Source: an uncultured Verrucomicrobiae bacterium (lineage in GTDB: Bacteria; Verrucomicrobiota; Verrucomicrobiia; Limisphaerales; SIBH01). Taken from it: a stretch of 64,000 nt of DNA. Positions 1 through 9,528 of this stretch are shown piece after piece. Numbering within the stretch: the stretch's first letter is position 1; each line of letters opens with the position of its first letter. The notes under the pieces are model-generated. The model did not search any database. It was not told the origin of the DNA and worked only from the letters and a program-made list of their open reading frames with translations. The position numbers and the translations under genes are program-made. Location: NCBI GenBank assembly GCA_963760275.1, contig CAVXCM010000011.1:356463-420462 (forward strand). The letters are read 5' to 3'.

Positions 1-165
1 TTCACTGCATCAGCGCAACAGGAACCGGCGTAGGCGTCGGAGCCAACGAAGGTGCTCAGCCGCGCACTCATCCGGGAGACAGCTTCCCCCATTTTTTATG
101 TCCCTGAGTGCAACCTGGACCAAGGGACAAGGTTACGAGGCGTAATCCCGCGTTGGAGCGCCCGC

Positions 166-201
166 AAAAACAAAACCCCTTCCGGTTTCCCGGAAGGGGT
201 T
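166..201 (-). terminator. Rho-independent terminator downstream of the porin gene
   Basis: 12-bp stem AACCCCTTCCGG/CCGGAAGGGGTT (174-201) followed on the minus strand by a T-rich tail, 16 nt past the porin stop. Confidence 0.85.
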
Positions 202-217
202 GAAAGAACCAACCAGC

Positions 218-1420
218 TTAGAACTTGTAGATCAGATTCGCTGCCACGAGGACGGCATTCTTCTGGTCGGCACCGTTCGGATTCGCGACGCTAGCCAAAC
301 CGCCAGCCGTACCGCCGAAAGGACGAGGACCAGAGATGGCCGTATCCCAGCGCACTTCCAAACGGCTCAGGACGTTCGCCCAGAGGTCGTATTGGAGCGT
401 GCCAGTGACGCCAATGACTTCGGACGGAATGCCACCGGCCGCCGCGCCATCCGTGAAGTCAGCCCATTCTCCACGGAAGTGGAAGCTGAGCTTTTCTGTC
501 GCAGAAACGGAGGCATACAAAGCGACCGCCTGCGCGTGCCCGTTCGGGCCGAAGCCGTTGTCGTGGGCCGCTGCGTAGTCCCATGAGGCACCGAGTCGCA
601 ACTGCTTGATGGGCGTGGCCAACGTTCCGCCGACGTAGTAGCTGGTGATGTCATTGCCAAGTCCGCTGTTGAAGCCATCAACAACGCCGACATAGAGCGC
701 CGAACCCGCGAGAAAGCCGAAGCTGTCGGGGGCGGTGAGCGTCACAGCGCCCATGTAGGACTTGCTGGACTCTGCGCGGGGCGTACGATTGTTGATCCCA
801 GCGGACCATGTATTTGCAACGCCTGCCGAAACACCGATGGCCCGGTTGATCTGATACGAGGCAAGCAGACCGGTGTGTTGCGTGGGCTCGATGGTGTAAC
901 CCCATGAACGGGTGTAGTTCGGGTTGCTGCCCGAATTGAACACTTCGTAGCCGATAATCGTGTCAAAGGAACCGAGCTTCAGGTCCAGCCCGTTGCCGAC
1001 CGGGGCGCGCAGGGCGACATAAGCCTGCTTGATGCCGAAGTCGCTGTTGCCAGCGTTGCCAGCACCAGTGACTTGGTTGTTGAAAGAATTGTTCCAGCCG
1101 ACTGCATTCGGCCCGAAGATCAGGTCAGCCTTGTATCCCGCAGACCAAGTGCCTTCATCGAGAGGTTTCTCAATGACAAGGTTTACGACGTTCAAATTGA
1201 ACCCGTCCTGCTTGTTCGGCGTGTTGAAGGAATAGGCGGGCGTGTTTGCGTTGCCGGTGCCCGGATTCCAGTGAGCCGACGTGTCCACGTAGCCGCTGAT
1301 CGTCGTTGAAGAAAGGGCCGTCAGGAGCTGATTCGGCTTTTCCTCCGCTTGAACGACCGCAGGGAGACTGACCAGCCCGACGGCGGCCAGACCCAATGTC
1401 CACTTATTAATGTTAGTCAT
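218..1420 (-). CDS. Outer-membrane beta-barrel porin (BBP2/OmpL-like, DUF1597-type)
   Basis: Signal peptide; TISGYVD, F.LN...L.IEK, QAYV, G.F.T.IGYE and P..HTG motifs; C-terminal ...LIYKF; GGAGG RBS. Confidence 0.85.
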   Translation of the reverse strand: MTNINKWTLGLAAVGLVSLPAVVQAEEKPNQLLTALSSTTISGYVDTSAHWNPGTGNANTPAYSFNTPNKQDGFNLNVVNLVIEKPLDEGTWSAGYKADLIFGPNAVGWNNSFNNQVTGAGNAGNSDFGIKQAYVALRAPVGNGLDLKLGSFDTIIGYEVFNSGSNPNYTRSWGYTIEPTQHTGLLASYQINRAIGVSAGVANTWSAGINNRTPRAESSKSYMGAVTLTAPDSFGFLAGSALYVGVVDGFNSGLGNDITSYYVGGTLATPIKQLRLGASWDYAAAHDNGFGPNGHAQAVALYASVSATEKLSFHFRGEWADFTDGAAAGGIPSEVIGVTGTLQYDLWANVLSRLEVRWDTAISGPRPFGGTAGGLASVANPNGADQKNAVLVAANLIYKF

Positions 1421-1739
1421 GTAGTTCCTCCGCGTGTTTTCTGTTTTGTTATGCGTTTGTCACAGGCAAAACCCAGTTCGCCTGCGGCACCGACTGGTGC
1501 AGTTGGCGTTTTCTAAGGAATGCGTACCCCTTTGACAACAAGTATTTTCAAGGCTTTGCCTGCTTCAAGGACAGTTTTTGCCTCGGAATTGGCCATCAAC
1601 GTGCGACTTTTGTGGACGGCTAAACCGAGCGGGGCAGTGGATCGATTTTGGAATGAGACAGAAGGTCGCTGTCGGCGGCAAAATGCGTTCGATTTCCGAA
1701 AAGGGCTCCGGCCCCCAGTCTTTTTCGCGGTTATTCCCT

Positions 1740-2669
1740 TCAGAAGACTTCAGGCACTCCCTCGTCCAGAATGCGGATGTGTTTGCTCATTCCATTCTTT
1801 TCCGCCAGTTCACTTAACCAACGTGGGGGCTCCGCCAAGTCTTCGAAGGACAACTTGAAAGCGCCGAAATGCATCGGCACCAGCCATTTAGCCCCAATAT
1901 CCTCGAACACCTTTAATGCTTCGTCCGGCCCCATGTGAACGTTGCGGAATGAATCGGGGTAATAGGCCCCAATGGGCAGGAGCGCGATTTCGGGCTTGAG
2001 CAAGGCTCCAATGTCTTTGAATTCGTCGAAATAAGCGCTGTCCCCGGCGTGGTAAATCCGCCGCCCCTGATGTTCCAACACAAAGCCTCCGTAGCCCCGG
2101 TGCGCGTCCCGAATTGTGCGAGCCCCCCAATGCTTGCACGGCGTCAGCGTCACCTTCCAATCGCCATGGGAAAAACTTTCCCACTTTTGCAGTTCCACAA
2201 TACGCCCAAATCCCAAATCCCGAGCCAAGTCGCCGACGCCCCAGGGCATCACAGCAATCTTGGGCGATGGCAACCGTCGCAGCGTAGGCCGGTGAAAATG
2301 GTCGTAGTGGGCGTGGGTCAGCAAGACGAGGTCGATGGGAGGCAAATCTTCGATGCGGCAACCTGCCCGCTTGATGCGCTTGAGCAGAAACAGCCAATTG
2401 GCAAAGTTTGGGTCGATCAGCACATTCAGGTCATTGAATTGCACCAGGAACGAGGCGTGGCCAATCCACGTGATGGCAACCTTGCCATCCGTTAACTTAG
2501 GGAACTCGGGCTTGCGGCATTCACCGTGACGCCGGGTTAACCACGCTTTCCACACCATCTCGTAAAAAAAGGTCCGTGGATTGAAGTGGTTGCTCGGCGT
2601 TAATTCCTTAAACGAGCGTGGCAGGCGCCGGCGTGAAGGAGCGGGGGAATCAATTGGCTCGCTGGTCAT
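1740..2669 (-). CDS. MBL-fold metallo-hydrolase (NAPE-PLD/RomA/UlaG-like)
   Basis: TWIGHAS, LLTHAHYDH, YHAGDS, LPIGAY, HMGP and PMHFG motifs; ATG at 2669 chosen over GTG at 2699. Confidence 0.88.
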   Translation of the reverse strand: MTSEPIDSPAPSRRRLPRSFKELTPSNHFNPRTFFYEMVWKAWLTRRHGECRKPEFPKLTDGKVAITWIGHASFLVQFNDLNVLIDPNFANWLFLLKRIKRAGCRIEDLPPIDLVLLTHAHYDHFHRPTLRRLPSPKIAVMPWGVGDLARDLGFGRIVELQKWESFSHGDWKVTLTPCKHWGARTIRDAHRGYGGFVLEHQGRRIYHAGDSAYFDEFKDIGALLKPEIALLPIGAYYPDSFRNVHMGPDEALKVFEDIGAKWLVPMHFGAFKLSFEDLAEPPRWLSELAEKNGMSKHIRILDEGVPEVF

Positions 2670-2707
2670 GGTAAAAATCTTGGAAAGAGATAACGGCACC
2701 TCGAATA

Positions 2708-2818
2708 AATCTCAACTGACAGTGTCAAAGGTTGTGTGACCACCCCGTGATCGGGCGTTCATGTGTTGTTGGTTGAGGGTTCTCCCGCGCGACGCGTGTC
2801 GCGCGGGAGTTTTTGTTT
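2708..2818 (+). ncRNA. Candidate structured small RNA or leader ending in an intrinsic terminator
   Basis: Long G-U-rich stem (2711-2725 with 2763-2777) enclosing two small hairpins, then a perfect 12-bp GC hairpin plus U-tail, in a divergent intergenic region with no ORF. Confidence 0.4.
2782..2818 (+). terminator. Rho-independent terminator with no upstream + strand CDS
   Basis: CTCCCGCGCGAC-gcgt-GTCGCGCGGGAG followed by TTTTTGTTT. Confidence 0.75.
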
Positions 2819-3004
2819 AGCTCCGCGGGTGGATTAGACCAGGAACATTCGGTTGCACCTGGCGTTTACCGGACTTGGTTAACGGGCGGCGTCAGCACTT
2901 GATACCGGATTTATCATTCACTTTGCTTCTCCGAACAGAATGTGTCCAAGAGGGTGCCAGTTAGCGCCTTGTGTTTTAACGCCCTCTTTGCCCGAATCCG
3001 TTGT

Positions 3005-3553
3005 GTGAACGCACTACGCCAGCAACTCGACCGTTTTCTCAGACGCAAGCCCACTCTCGGTCGTGGTGTTTATCTTGCCCAAACCGCCGTGGTCGTAGGA
3101 GATGTCACCCTGGGAGAGCATTCAAGCGTCTGGTACCATGCCGTTCTCCGCGGCGACATCAATCGCATCGAGGTAGGGCACCATTCGAATATCCAAGACA
3201 ACGCGGTCCTTCATTTGTCCGATGACTTTCCCTGCTTGTTGGGAAACTACGTCACTGTCGGTCACTCCGCCGTGGTCCACGCGTGCACCGTGGGCGACGA
3301 ATGTCTGATCGGTATGGGTGCGGTGATTTTAGATGGAGCCGTCGTGGGGGAGCAATCCCTGGTGGGCGCAAAAGCGCTGGTCACGCAGCATATGCAGATC
3401 CCCGCCGGGTCACTTGTTATGGGAGCGCCCGCTAAAGTCGTGCGGCCGTTGACTTCGGAAGAACGCAACGGCTTGAAACATTGGGCACAAAAATATGTGG
3501 AGAACGCCGCCTACTGCCTCGAGCATCAAATCAACGTCGGTCGGCCAATGTAA
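3005..3553 (+). CDS. Gamma-carbonic anhydrase family protein (YrdA/PaaY-like)
   Basis: Hexapeptide repeats, LRGD, NIQDN..LH, VGH...VH.C and IGMGA motifs; start uncertain (GTG 3005 vs 2942). Confidence 0.92.
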   Translation: MNALRQQLDRFLRRKPTLGRGVYLAQTAVVVGDVTLGEHSSVWYHAVLRGDINRIEVGHHSNIQDNAVLHLSDDFPCLLGNYVTVGHSAVVHACTVGDECLIGMGAVILDGAVVGEQSLVGAKALVTQHMQIPAGSLVMGAPAKVVRPLTSEERNGLKHWAQKYVENAAYCLEHQINVGRPM

Positions 3554-3565
3554 TTTCCGTTTCAT

Positions 3566-4729
3566 TCACCCGCTGAGAAACTCTCCCACCGGAGTGAGCG
3601 GCTGGAAATGATCACAAAAAATTTTAAGCATCATCAGCATCGGAATCGACAAGAGCGCCCCTGGAATCCCCCACAACCACGTCCAGAACATCAGCGAAAT
3701 AAAGATGACCAATGGGTTGAGCGTCAGTCGGCGTCCAAGGATCATTGGCGTCACCAAATTCGATTCGATGGCGTGCAGGCCGAAGTAAATCAACGCCGGC
3801 AACACCGCTCGCCAAACCGCGTCAAAGCTGATGAAGCCGCCTATCAACAGAACCGCCACCCCCGTGATGGGCCCAAAGTAGGGGACAAAATTCAGGACGC
3901 CGGCAGGTACTCCCCACAGGACAGGATTTGGTAATCCCACGAAATACGCGGCGACCCCTACAGCGATACCCAGGGTGGCGTTGATGAGTGTGATCGTGAA
4001 AAGGAACGCCGAAAGGTTGTGTTGAAGTTCGTTCGCTATCTCGACCGCCTTCTTCTTGTCATGCAACGTGGGAAGAACCTTTACCAGCTTCTGCATGAAT
4101 AGATCGCCCGCCGCCAACATGAAGAAAAGCAACACCACTGTCTCAATCAAGCCGGCGAGAAAGCTCTTGGTGTAAGTCATGACGGTGTTCAGCAACACCG
4201 GGTGCTTCACCTCAACTTGGGGAGTGTTTTCCGCCGCCGGGCTCTTCGTCATGTCCTCGACCTGGGCCGCCGCTCTCGTAAGGCTTTCCGCGCGGCGAAA
4301 CACCTGATCGAAACGGTCCCGGGCCCGCTGCATCGTTTCCGGGGCGCGACCTAGCCATTCTGCCGCGGGTGTTGCCAGATGGCTCACGGCGAATGACAAG
4401 GTGGTGAAAAAGAGGGCAATCACGAGGATACTACCGATCACTTCTGGCATTCCGATTCGGGCCAACCAACGCACCACCGGTTTCAAAAGGAATGTTAATA
4501 GCCCCGCCAAAACAATGGGCATCACGAATGCCTTTGCGAAATAAAGAAACGCAATGAAGGCGAGCAAGAAGAGCCCGACCACCGCCACGGGGACTACCGC
4601 GCGGGTGCGCCTCATGAAGAGTGCCAAGTCGGATATCGGCGGGGTAGTGGGTGTCCGGGTAACAGCCGGCGCGCTGACGGAATCCTCCATCTCGCCTTCC
4701 TTAATCCTCAGTTCCAAATCAGTCGGCAT
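3566..4729 (-). CDS. AI-2E family transporter (PerM/TqsA-like)
   Basis: Multi-TM; LL.P.V..L, NFVPYFGP, ESN..TP.ILG...LNP and WG..GALL.IP motifs; alternative start at 4690 has an AAGGAAGG RBS. Confidence 0.9.
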   Translation of the reverse strand: MPTDLELRIKEGEMEDSVSAPAVTRTPTTPPISDLALFMRRTRAVVPVAVVGLFLLAFIAFLYFAKAFVMPIVLAGLLTFLLKPVVRWLARIGMPEVIGSILVIALFFTTLSFAVSHLATPAAEWLGRAPETMQRARDRFDQVFRRAESLTRAAAQVEDMTKSPAAENTPQVEVKHPVLLNTVMTYTKSFLAGLIETVVLLFFMLAAGDLFMQKLVKVLPTLHDKKKAVEIANELQHNLSAFLFTITLINATLGIAVGVAAYFVGLPNPVLWGVPAGVLNFVPYFGPITGVAVLLIGGFISFDAVWRAVLPALIYFGLHAIESNLVTPMILGRRLTLNPLVIFISLMFWTWLWGIPGALLSIPMLMMLKIFCDHFQPLTPVGEFLSG

Positions 4730-4791
4730 GGCACCCGTCCTTTCCGGCACCGTGGGGGAACACGATCGTGAAGTCAAATGCCCCCCGGTCA

Positions 4792-5553
4792 CTACCGCTT
4801 TCGGGCGACAAGGAATGAATTAAACATCATGTAACGCCAAGGCCCCAGATTCAGGGCGAGATCGATCGGAGCGGCCACGTACCGGTCGGTGCATTCCACG
4901 CGCTGCACTTCACAGCCGAAACGCTCCAGGAAGAACTTCATCTCGGCAGCGTTGGTCGCGACGATCGCGTCATCATCCGGCGTGAACGGTTGTTTGATGA
5001 TGGGCTTCATTCGATCGAAGCGCACGGCATCCGGTTGATGACGCATCTGCACCTGCTTTTGCCGAAGCCGCCGCCAGTTACGAAGCTTGTTACCGAGGCC
5101 GCGCATCCGGGGATGGTAATCGCGAAACCCGAAGACGCGGTAAAAGTTCGGGCTGGAGAGCACGATTTTGCCACTGCTGGCGACCACGCGAACAATCTCG
5201 CGTATGAACGCTTCAGGTTCATCTACGTGCTCCAACACATTTAAGGCACCGGCACTTGAGAAGTAGTTGTCGGCGAAAGGCAACGTGCGTCCGTCATAGA
5301 GTTGGCAGCGCGGGCAGGCCTTTTGCGCGCGCATAATGTTCGGCTCAGAGACATCCACTCCATGAGCCTCGAAGCCGGCCTCACTCAAGCGGGCCACGAC
5401 CTGCCCGACTCCACACCCGACATCCAGCACACGCCCGCCTGGCTGGCCCGGCTGCAAGGTGTCGGCGTACTTGGTGTAGAGATCCGCATCCCAGCCGGCG
5501 AGGTGTTCGGCGTAGGCTTCGTTATTCTTGTAGTACGATTCCTGATGGCTCAT
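4792..5553 (-). CDS. Class I SAM-dependent methyltransferase
   Basis: VLDVGCGVG, GVDVS, LPF.D and VLEHV motifs; ATGA overlap with the upstream YfhO-like gene. Confidence 0.88.
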   Translation of the reverse strand: MSHQESYYKNNEAYAEHLAGWDADLYTKYADTLQPGQPGGRVLDVGCGVGQVVARLSEAGFEAHGVDVSEPNIMRAQKACPRCQLYDGRTLPFADNYFSSAGALNVLEHVDEPEAFIREIVRVVASSGKIVLSSPNFYRVFGFRDYHPRMRGLGNKLRNWRRLRQKQVQMRHQPDAVRFDRMKPIIKQPFTPDDDAIVATNAAEMKFFLERFGCEVQRVECTDRYVAAPIDLALNLGPWRYMMFNSFLVARKR

Positions 5554-8189
5554 GCCTTGGCGGGCGTGGAACGGCGCGTCAGGAAAGCAACAACTGCTGC
5601 GAGGATTAGCATGAGAATGATCGCGCTCCAACTAACGTAGGCAGGGGTGAGGTCCGGCCGATACTGCCACACGACCGTGTGCTGTCCTGCGGGCACCTGA
5701 ACGGCACGCATGACGAAATTAGCCCGCATCAACTTTTCCGGCTTTCCATCGATGGTTACTCTCCAATCCGGATCGTGGTGATCATTCACGAGCAATACAG
5801 TCGGGACGCTGGAGGCGGTTCGCATCTCCAGCCTCTTTGGCGCATAGCTTAGGTACTCGACAGTACCATCCGCGCCCGCGGCGACGCTGGGAGGCGCCGG
5901 GATGGGTTCTTCAACAAGGACAACGTCGGCTGGCTTGAAGTTGGGATCAGCCAGAGTGGAGAGCGTGATCGCATCATTCGTTTGCACCTGCCATTGGGAA
6001 TAAAGTTTTGCACGCGGCAGCGCACCCGTGAATTCCAGCAACGCAAAGGGACCCGTCGCATTTGTCTCCACGCCATAGAAGCTGGAACCGGGCTTCTGGT
6101 TAAACGTGAATGCCATCGTCTGCCGAAAACGTTTCTGCTCAGGATCCAGTTGCTGGTTCAGCGCGTCGGCCAGGCCGGCCATTCCCAGGATGTAGCGGGT
6201 GTTGGTCAACTGCCAGTAACGAACGATGTTCGTGCCCAGATAGCGCAGGTACATTCCTTTAACACCTGAGGGGCGCCCGCCTTCATTGGCCACGTCTAGG
6301 GTCTGCACATTGAAGTATTGGAACTGATGTTGGAGCCATTCCGCGCGATAATAGTTTTGGAGGAAATCAAACTGCTCGTTGATGCGGAATGGCGCGATGG
6401 TGACACGATGCTCCCACCGTTTCTCCGAGAGCAAATCAAGGACGGGATTGGCGGCGTAACGACTCTTGTAATCGTAATACTGGATCCATGGCGCGTTCGC
6501 TCTCGCCAGGTCGCCGACCAGAATCAAGCCAAGCAATGCGCCCGCCCATCCCGCGCGGGGGCCACGAAATGTGCCGGTCTGCACGGCGACGAGTGCCCCG
6601 ACGCATAAACCCAGCACGAGCACAAAGTAACCGACTTCACGGATGCTGAACTTGGCGACTTCAACAGGCTGTGCCGCGTGACCAATTGCGTTTTCGCCCA
6701 TCCACTTCGCGATGTCCGCCTTTTGGGACGAGTAGAACATCCAACTGACCGCGGCGAGCAATACCACGCCAATGCAGGCAGAGGTCCAACGCCGTTCCCA
6801 CGAGGTCGCGTTGGCCCACCAACCTTGCGCGCCAACCTTGGCGGTCCGCGCCGTCCGCGTCACTTTCTCCAAGTATTCCCGGGACAGTCCTTGCAGGCCG
6901 TAGGCAAACAGGATCATGAGCGTCATGTGCCCGGGATGCATGAACTTCATCGGGTTGCGAATCGTGGACATGTAGGGCAGCGCATAAAAGAGCTGGTAGA
7001 ACGGCGCGTGCCGGCCCCAGCCAAAGATCACAGCCACTACGAACATTGCCGCCCAAAACCAGATCAGTTTCCTTTCCAACGGAGTGTATGTCTGCGCAGT
7101 CCGGCTGAAGGAGCGGGCGAGCGCCCAAGCCCCGATCAACACCACCAACACGCCAGCGTATTCTCCCGCGCCGGAAGACCGCCATTGAGTTTGCCGCAGG
7201 TAATTAAGCGCCTGCTGCTGCACCTGCGGATCGGGATTCTTGAGCTGCTTCTGCATTTCGGGAATCTGCATGTCGCTCCCCACGCCGCCCCAATATTCGC
7301 CGCCGCCCGGCGTATCCATTCGATAGCCGAAAACACCGGGGATGATCACCCGCAGTAATTCTTTTTTCGGCAAACTCCACATCGTCGCGCCCGCCCAGCG
7401 ACGCTCCTTCGAATCCACCGTTTGCTCCATGTCGATCTTGCCGACGATCTGGGTGCTGACCAGGCTCTTGATGCTGTTGAATGCGAGCACGCCCGCGCAC
7501 ACGGCCACAAGCGCCACCATCCCTATGCCGCGGATGACTCTTCTCCCCCACGAACCTTCGCCCACCAACGCGAGATAAAAGGTGAATGCGGCAATGTAGA
7601 GGCTGAATAGCATTCCATTGTCGGCGCCTTCGGTGACGGCCATCCCCGTGGCGAAACCAGCTAGGATCAGCTTCAGCACAGGGTAGCCTCGACGACTGCT
7701 CCAAATGCCGGCAAGTGCCAGGAAGGTTGCAGCCAATGCCGATCCGCGCGAGCCAACGCCCCAGCACGCATTGGAGAAAAAATTACTGTTCAACTCGGCG
7801 GCAATCCCAGCCAGGAGGCATACCATCGGACGAAATCCGAAGATGCGAAAACAAAAGGCCGCTGCTAATCCCGCCACGAACACAAAGGTGGGAGCGAGGA
7901 ATTTGGCCGCCATCACAGGACTGAACAGCCACATCATGAAGAAGGTGAAGGTGGGCGACGCGGTGCCGAGGCTGGCGCCCAGCCAGTTCGAGTCGAACCA
8001 AAAACCAGTGAACCCTTCGGGCAGGGAAAGATCTTCGGCCGCCATGATCCCAAGCGGCCCGTCACTTGAGAAGTGCACCAAGCCAGGCTTGAAGCTTTGG
8101 TGGAACATCACCGCCACGATGAGGGCCAGGATGGCCACGATGCCAATGCGGTCACGCCAACTCATCGGCGCAAGTGGAGCTTCGTTCAT
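5550..8189 (-). CDS. YfhO-family multi-TM membrane protein (putative GT-C glycosyltransferase)
   Basis: More than 10 TM helices, R.P.KF motif, C-terminal soluble domain ALPRA...PDW.VTIDG...RAN..MRAV.VPAG.H.V...Y.P and a final TM, typical of YfhO. Confidence 0.8.
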   Translation of the reverse strand: MNEAPLAPMSWRDRIGIVAILALIVAVMFHQSFKPGLVHFSSDGPLGIMAAEDLSLPEGFTGFWFDSNWLGASLGTASPTFTFFMMWLFSPVMAAKFLAPTFVFVAGLAAAFCFRIFGFRPMVCLLAGIAAELNSNFFSNACWGVGSRGSALAATFLALAGIWSSRRGYPVLKLILAGFATGMAVTEGADNGMLFSLYIAAFTFYLALVGEGSWGRRVIRGIGMVALVAVCAGVLAFNSIKSLVSTQIVGKIDMEQTVDSKERRWAGATMWSLPKKELLRVIIPGVFGYRMDTPGGGEYWGGVGSDMQIPEMQKQLKNPDPQVQQQALNYLRQTQWRSSGAGEYAGVLVVLIGAWALARSFSRTAQTYTPLERKLIWFWAAMFVVAVIFGWGRHAPFYQLFYALPYMSTIRNPMKFMHPGHMTLMILFAYGLQGLSREYLEKVTRTARTAKVGAQGWWANATSWERRWTSACIGVVLLAAVSWMFYSSQKADIAKWMGENAIGHAAQPVEVAKFSIREVGYFVLVLGLCVGALVAVQTGTFRGPRAGWAGALLGLILVGDLARANAPWIQYYDYKSRYAANPVLDLLSEKRWEHRVTIAPFRINEQFDFLQNYYRAEWLQHQFQYFNVQTLDVANEGGRPSGVKGMYLRYLGTNIVRYWQLTNTRYILGMAGLADALNQQLDPEQKRFRQTMAFTFNQKPGSSFYGVETNATGPFALLEFTGALPRAKLYSQWQVQTNDAITLSTLADPNFKPADVVLVEEPIPAPPSVAAGADGTVEYLSYAPKRLEMRTASSVPTVLLVNDHHDPDWRVTIDGKPEKLMRANFVMRAVQVPAGQHTVVWQYRPDLTPAYVSWSAIILMLILAAVVAFLTRRSTPAKA

Positions 8190-8244
8190 GCAAATATGCG
8201 GTTAATTGGGGCGCAACTTGCCGCAAGGACTGGAAAAGACCAAA

Positions 8245-9528
8245 TCAATTTGCGGCGGGAGGCGGGTCGGCGCGACGAAGAAAGACGAGCCACGCGATGA
8301 ACATAATCACGAAGCCGATGGCGGCCAAAATCGGCATGGTATTGAGCAAAACGTACGGATCCAAATCGGCCCTCGTCGGAGAAGCAAAATGAGCAACGCC
8401 CAGCAGCGTGGCCCAGTATCCCAAGCCAAGCCCGCCGTAAAGCAAACCCACTTTCAACCAGTGGCTGGCGAGCGCCCACATGCCCAGGGCTTGTATCAAG
8501 CCGACAAAAATCATCGTCATCGTCAGGTGCGGAATCATCGCACTGGCCTCCGGGAAAGAACGGCCGAAGATGATTCTTACGCAGAGGTCGCGGGCAAAGA
8601 ACAGGACGAGTGCTCCGGCCGCCAGACCCGCCGCGTAGAGCAGGAGCAAACCAAGTGGGCCGGCGAGGCGCTTGCCCGAGCGCTCGCTCGAGCGAGCGGT
8701 GAAGAGCACAACCAGAAGCGGACTCACCGCGAGATGCAGGCCGCTGGCGATCCTAACCGCACCGAAATAAGCATCTTGATCCGCGCGAGTGAAATAGTTC
8801 CCCACGACCAGCATGTCGCTCTGGGTGAAGCACCATTGCGCGCCGACTCCGGCGGCGGCAACGGCGAGGTAACGGAAAAAATCCTTGTCCCACGGTGAAA
8901 TGCGTTCGCCCGGCGTAAACACATCCCGCCACCAAAAGAAAACGGCCAGGTTCAACAACGTTCCCACGGCAACGGCGATGACGCCCACCTCGGCCACGGG
9001 ATGTTTTTGGAGCACGATCCACCCAAAGGCGATCTTCACCGCGACGACGGCGAGGCTGATCAGCGCCAACCGTTTGAACCAGCCCATCCCCTGCGCGAGA
9101 GCGGAGGCGTAACCGCTCCAGAGAGACACCAGCAACGTTACCAGCGCGGCAACCGTCAAGGAGGGCCGGGGAATGTTGAACAGGTGGCTGAGGGGCTGGA
9201 TCAGCAACACCCCCAGGACAGAGGCGATCAACGTGAACTTGAACAGGAAAGAGCGGCACCCGGCAATGAGCCCTCGCAGACGAGCCTCGTTGTTGGCGCC
9301 TCGGAAGTGGGCAATGTGATGAACGACCGCTGTGATCGCCATGCTCAAGGGCAGTCCCAGAAGCCCAACGAAAGCAATCGTTTGTCCGAACGCTCCAAAC
9401 TCGCCGCTCAGAGTTAATGCAGTCCCATTGATTTTCAGGAAGACGAGGTTGCCGATGCCGGAAATGAAGCTCAGCAAGGTGAAGATAATTCCACTGTGGA
9501 GGATCTTTTCTTTCAAGAATGAGCTCAT
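8245..9528 (-). CDS. Polysaccharide/oligosaccharide flippase (Wzx/MATE-like)
   Basis: About 12 TM helices, GEFGAF near the N-terminus, D.LVV...F....Y motif, glycan-locus context. Confidence 0.72.
   Translation of the reverse strand: MSSFLKEKILHSGIIFTLLSFISGIGNLVFLKINGTALTLSGEFGAFGQTIAFVGLLGLPLSMAITAVVHHIAHFRGANNEARLRGLIAGCRSFLFKFTLIASVLGVLLIQPLSHLFNIPRPSLTVAALVTLLVSLWSGYASALAQGMGWFKRLALISLAVVAVKIAFGWIVLQKHPVAEVGVIAVAVGTLLNLAVFFWWRDVFTPGERISPWDKDFFRYLAVAAAGVGAQWCFTQSDMLVVGNYFTRADQDAYFGAVRIASGLHLAVSPLLVVLFTARSSERSGKRLAGPLGLLLLYAAGLAAGALVLFFARDLCVRIIFGRSFPEASAMIPHLTMTMIFVGLIQALGMWALASHWLKVGLLYGGLGLGYWATLLGVAHFASPTRADLDPYVLLNTMPILAAIGFVIMFIAWLVFLRRADPPPAAN

Noticed and set aside
1-165. Possible gene start at the left window edge
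   Set aside because: The segment is too short and no frame gives a recognisable protein.
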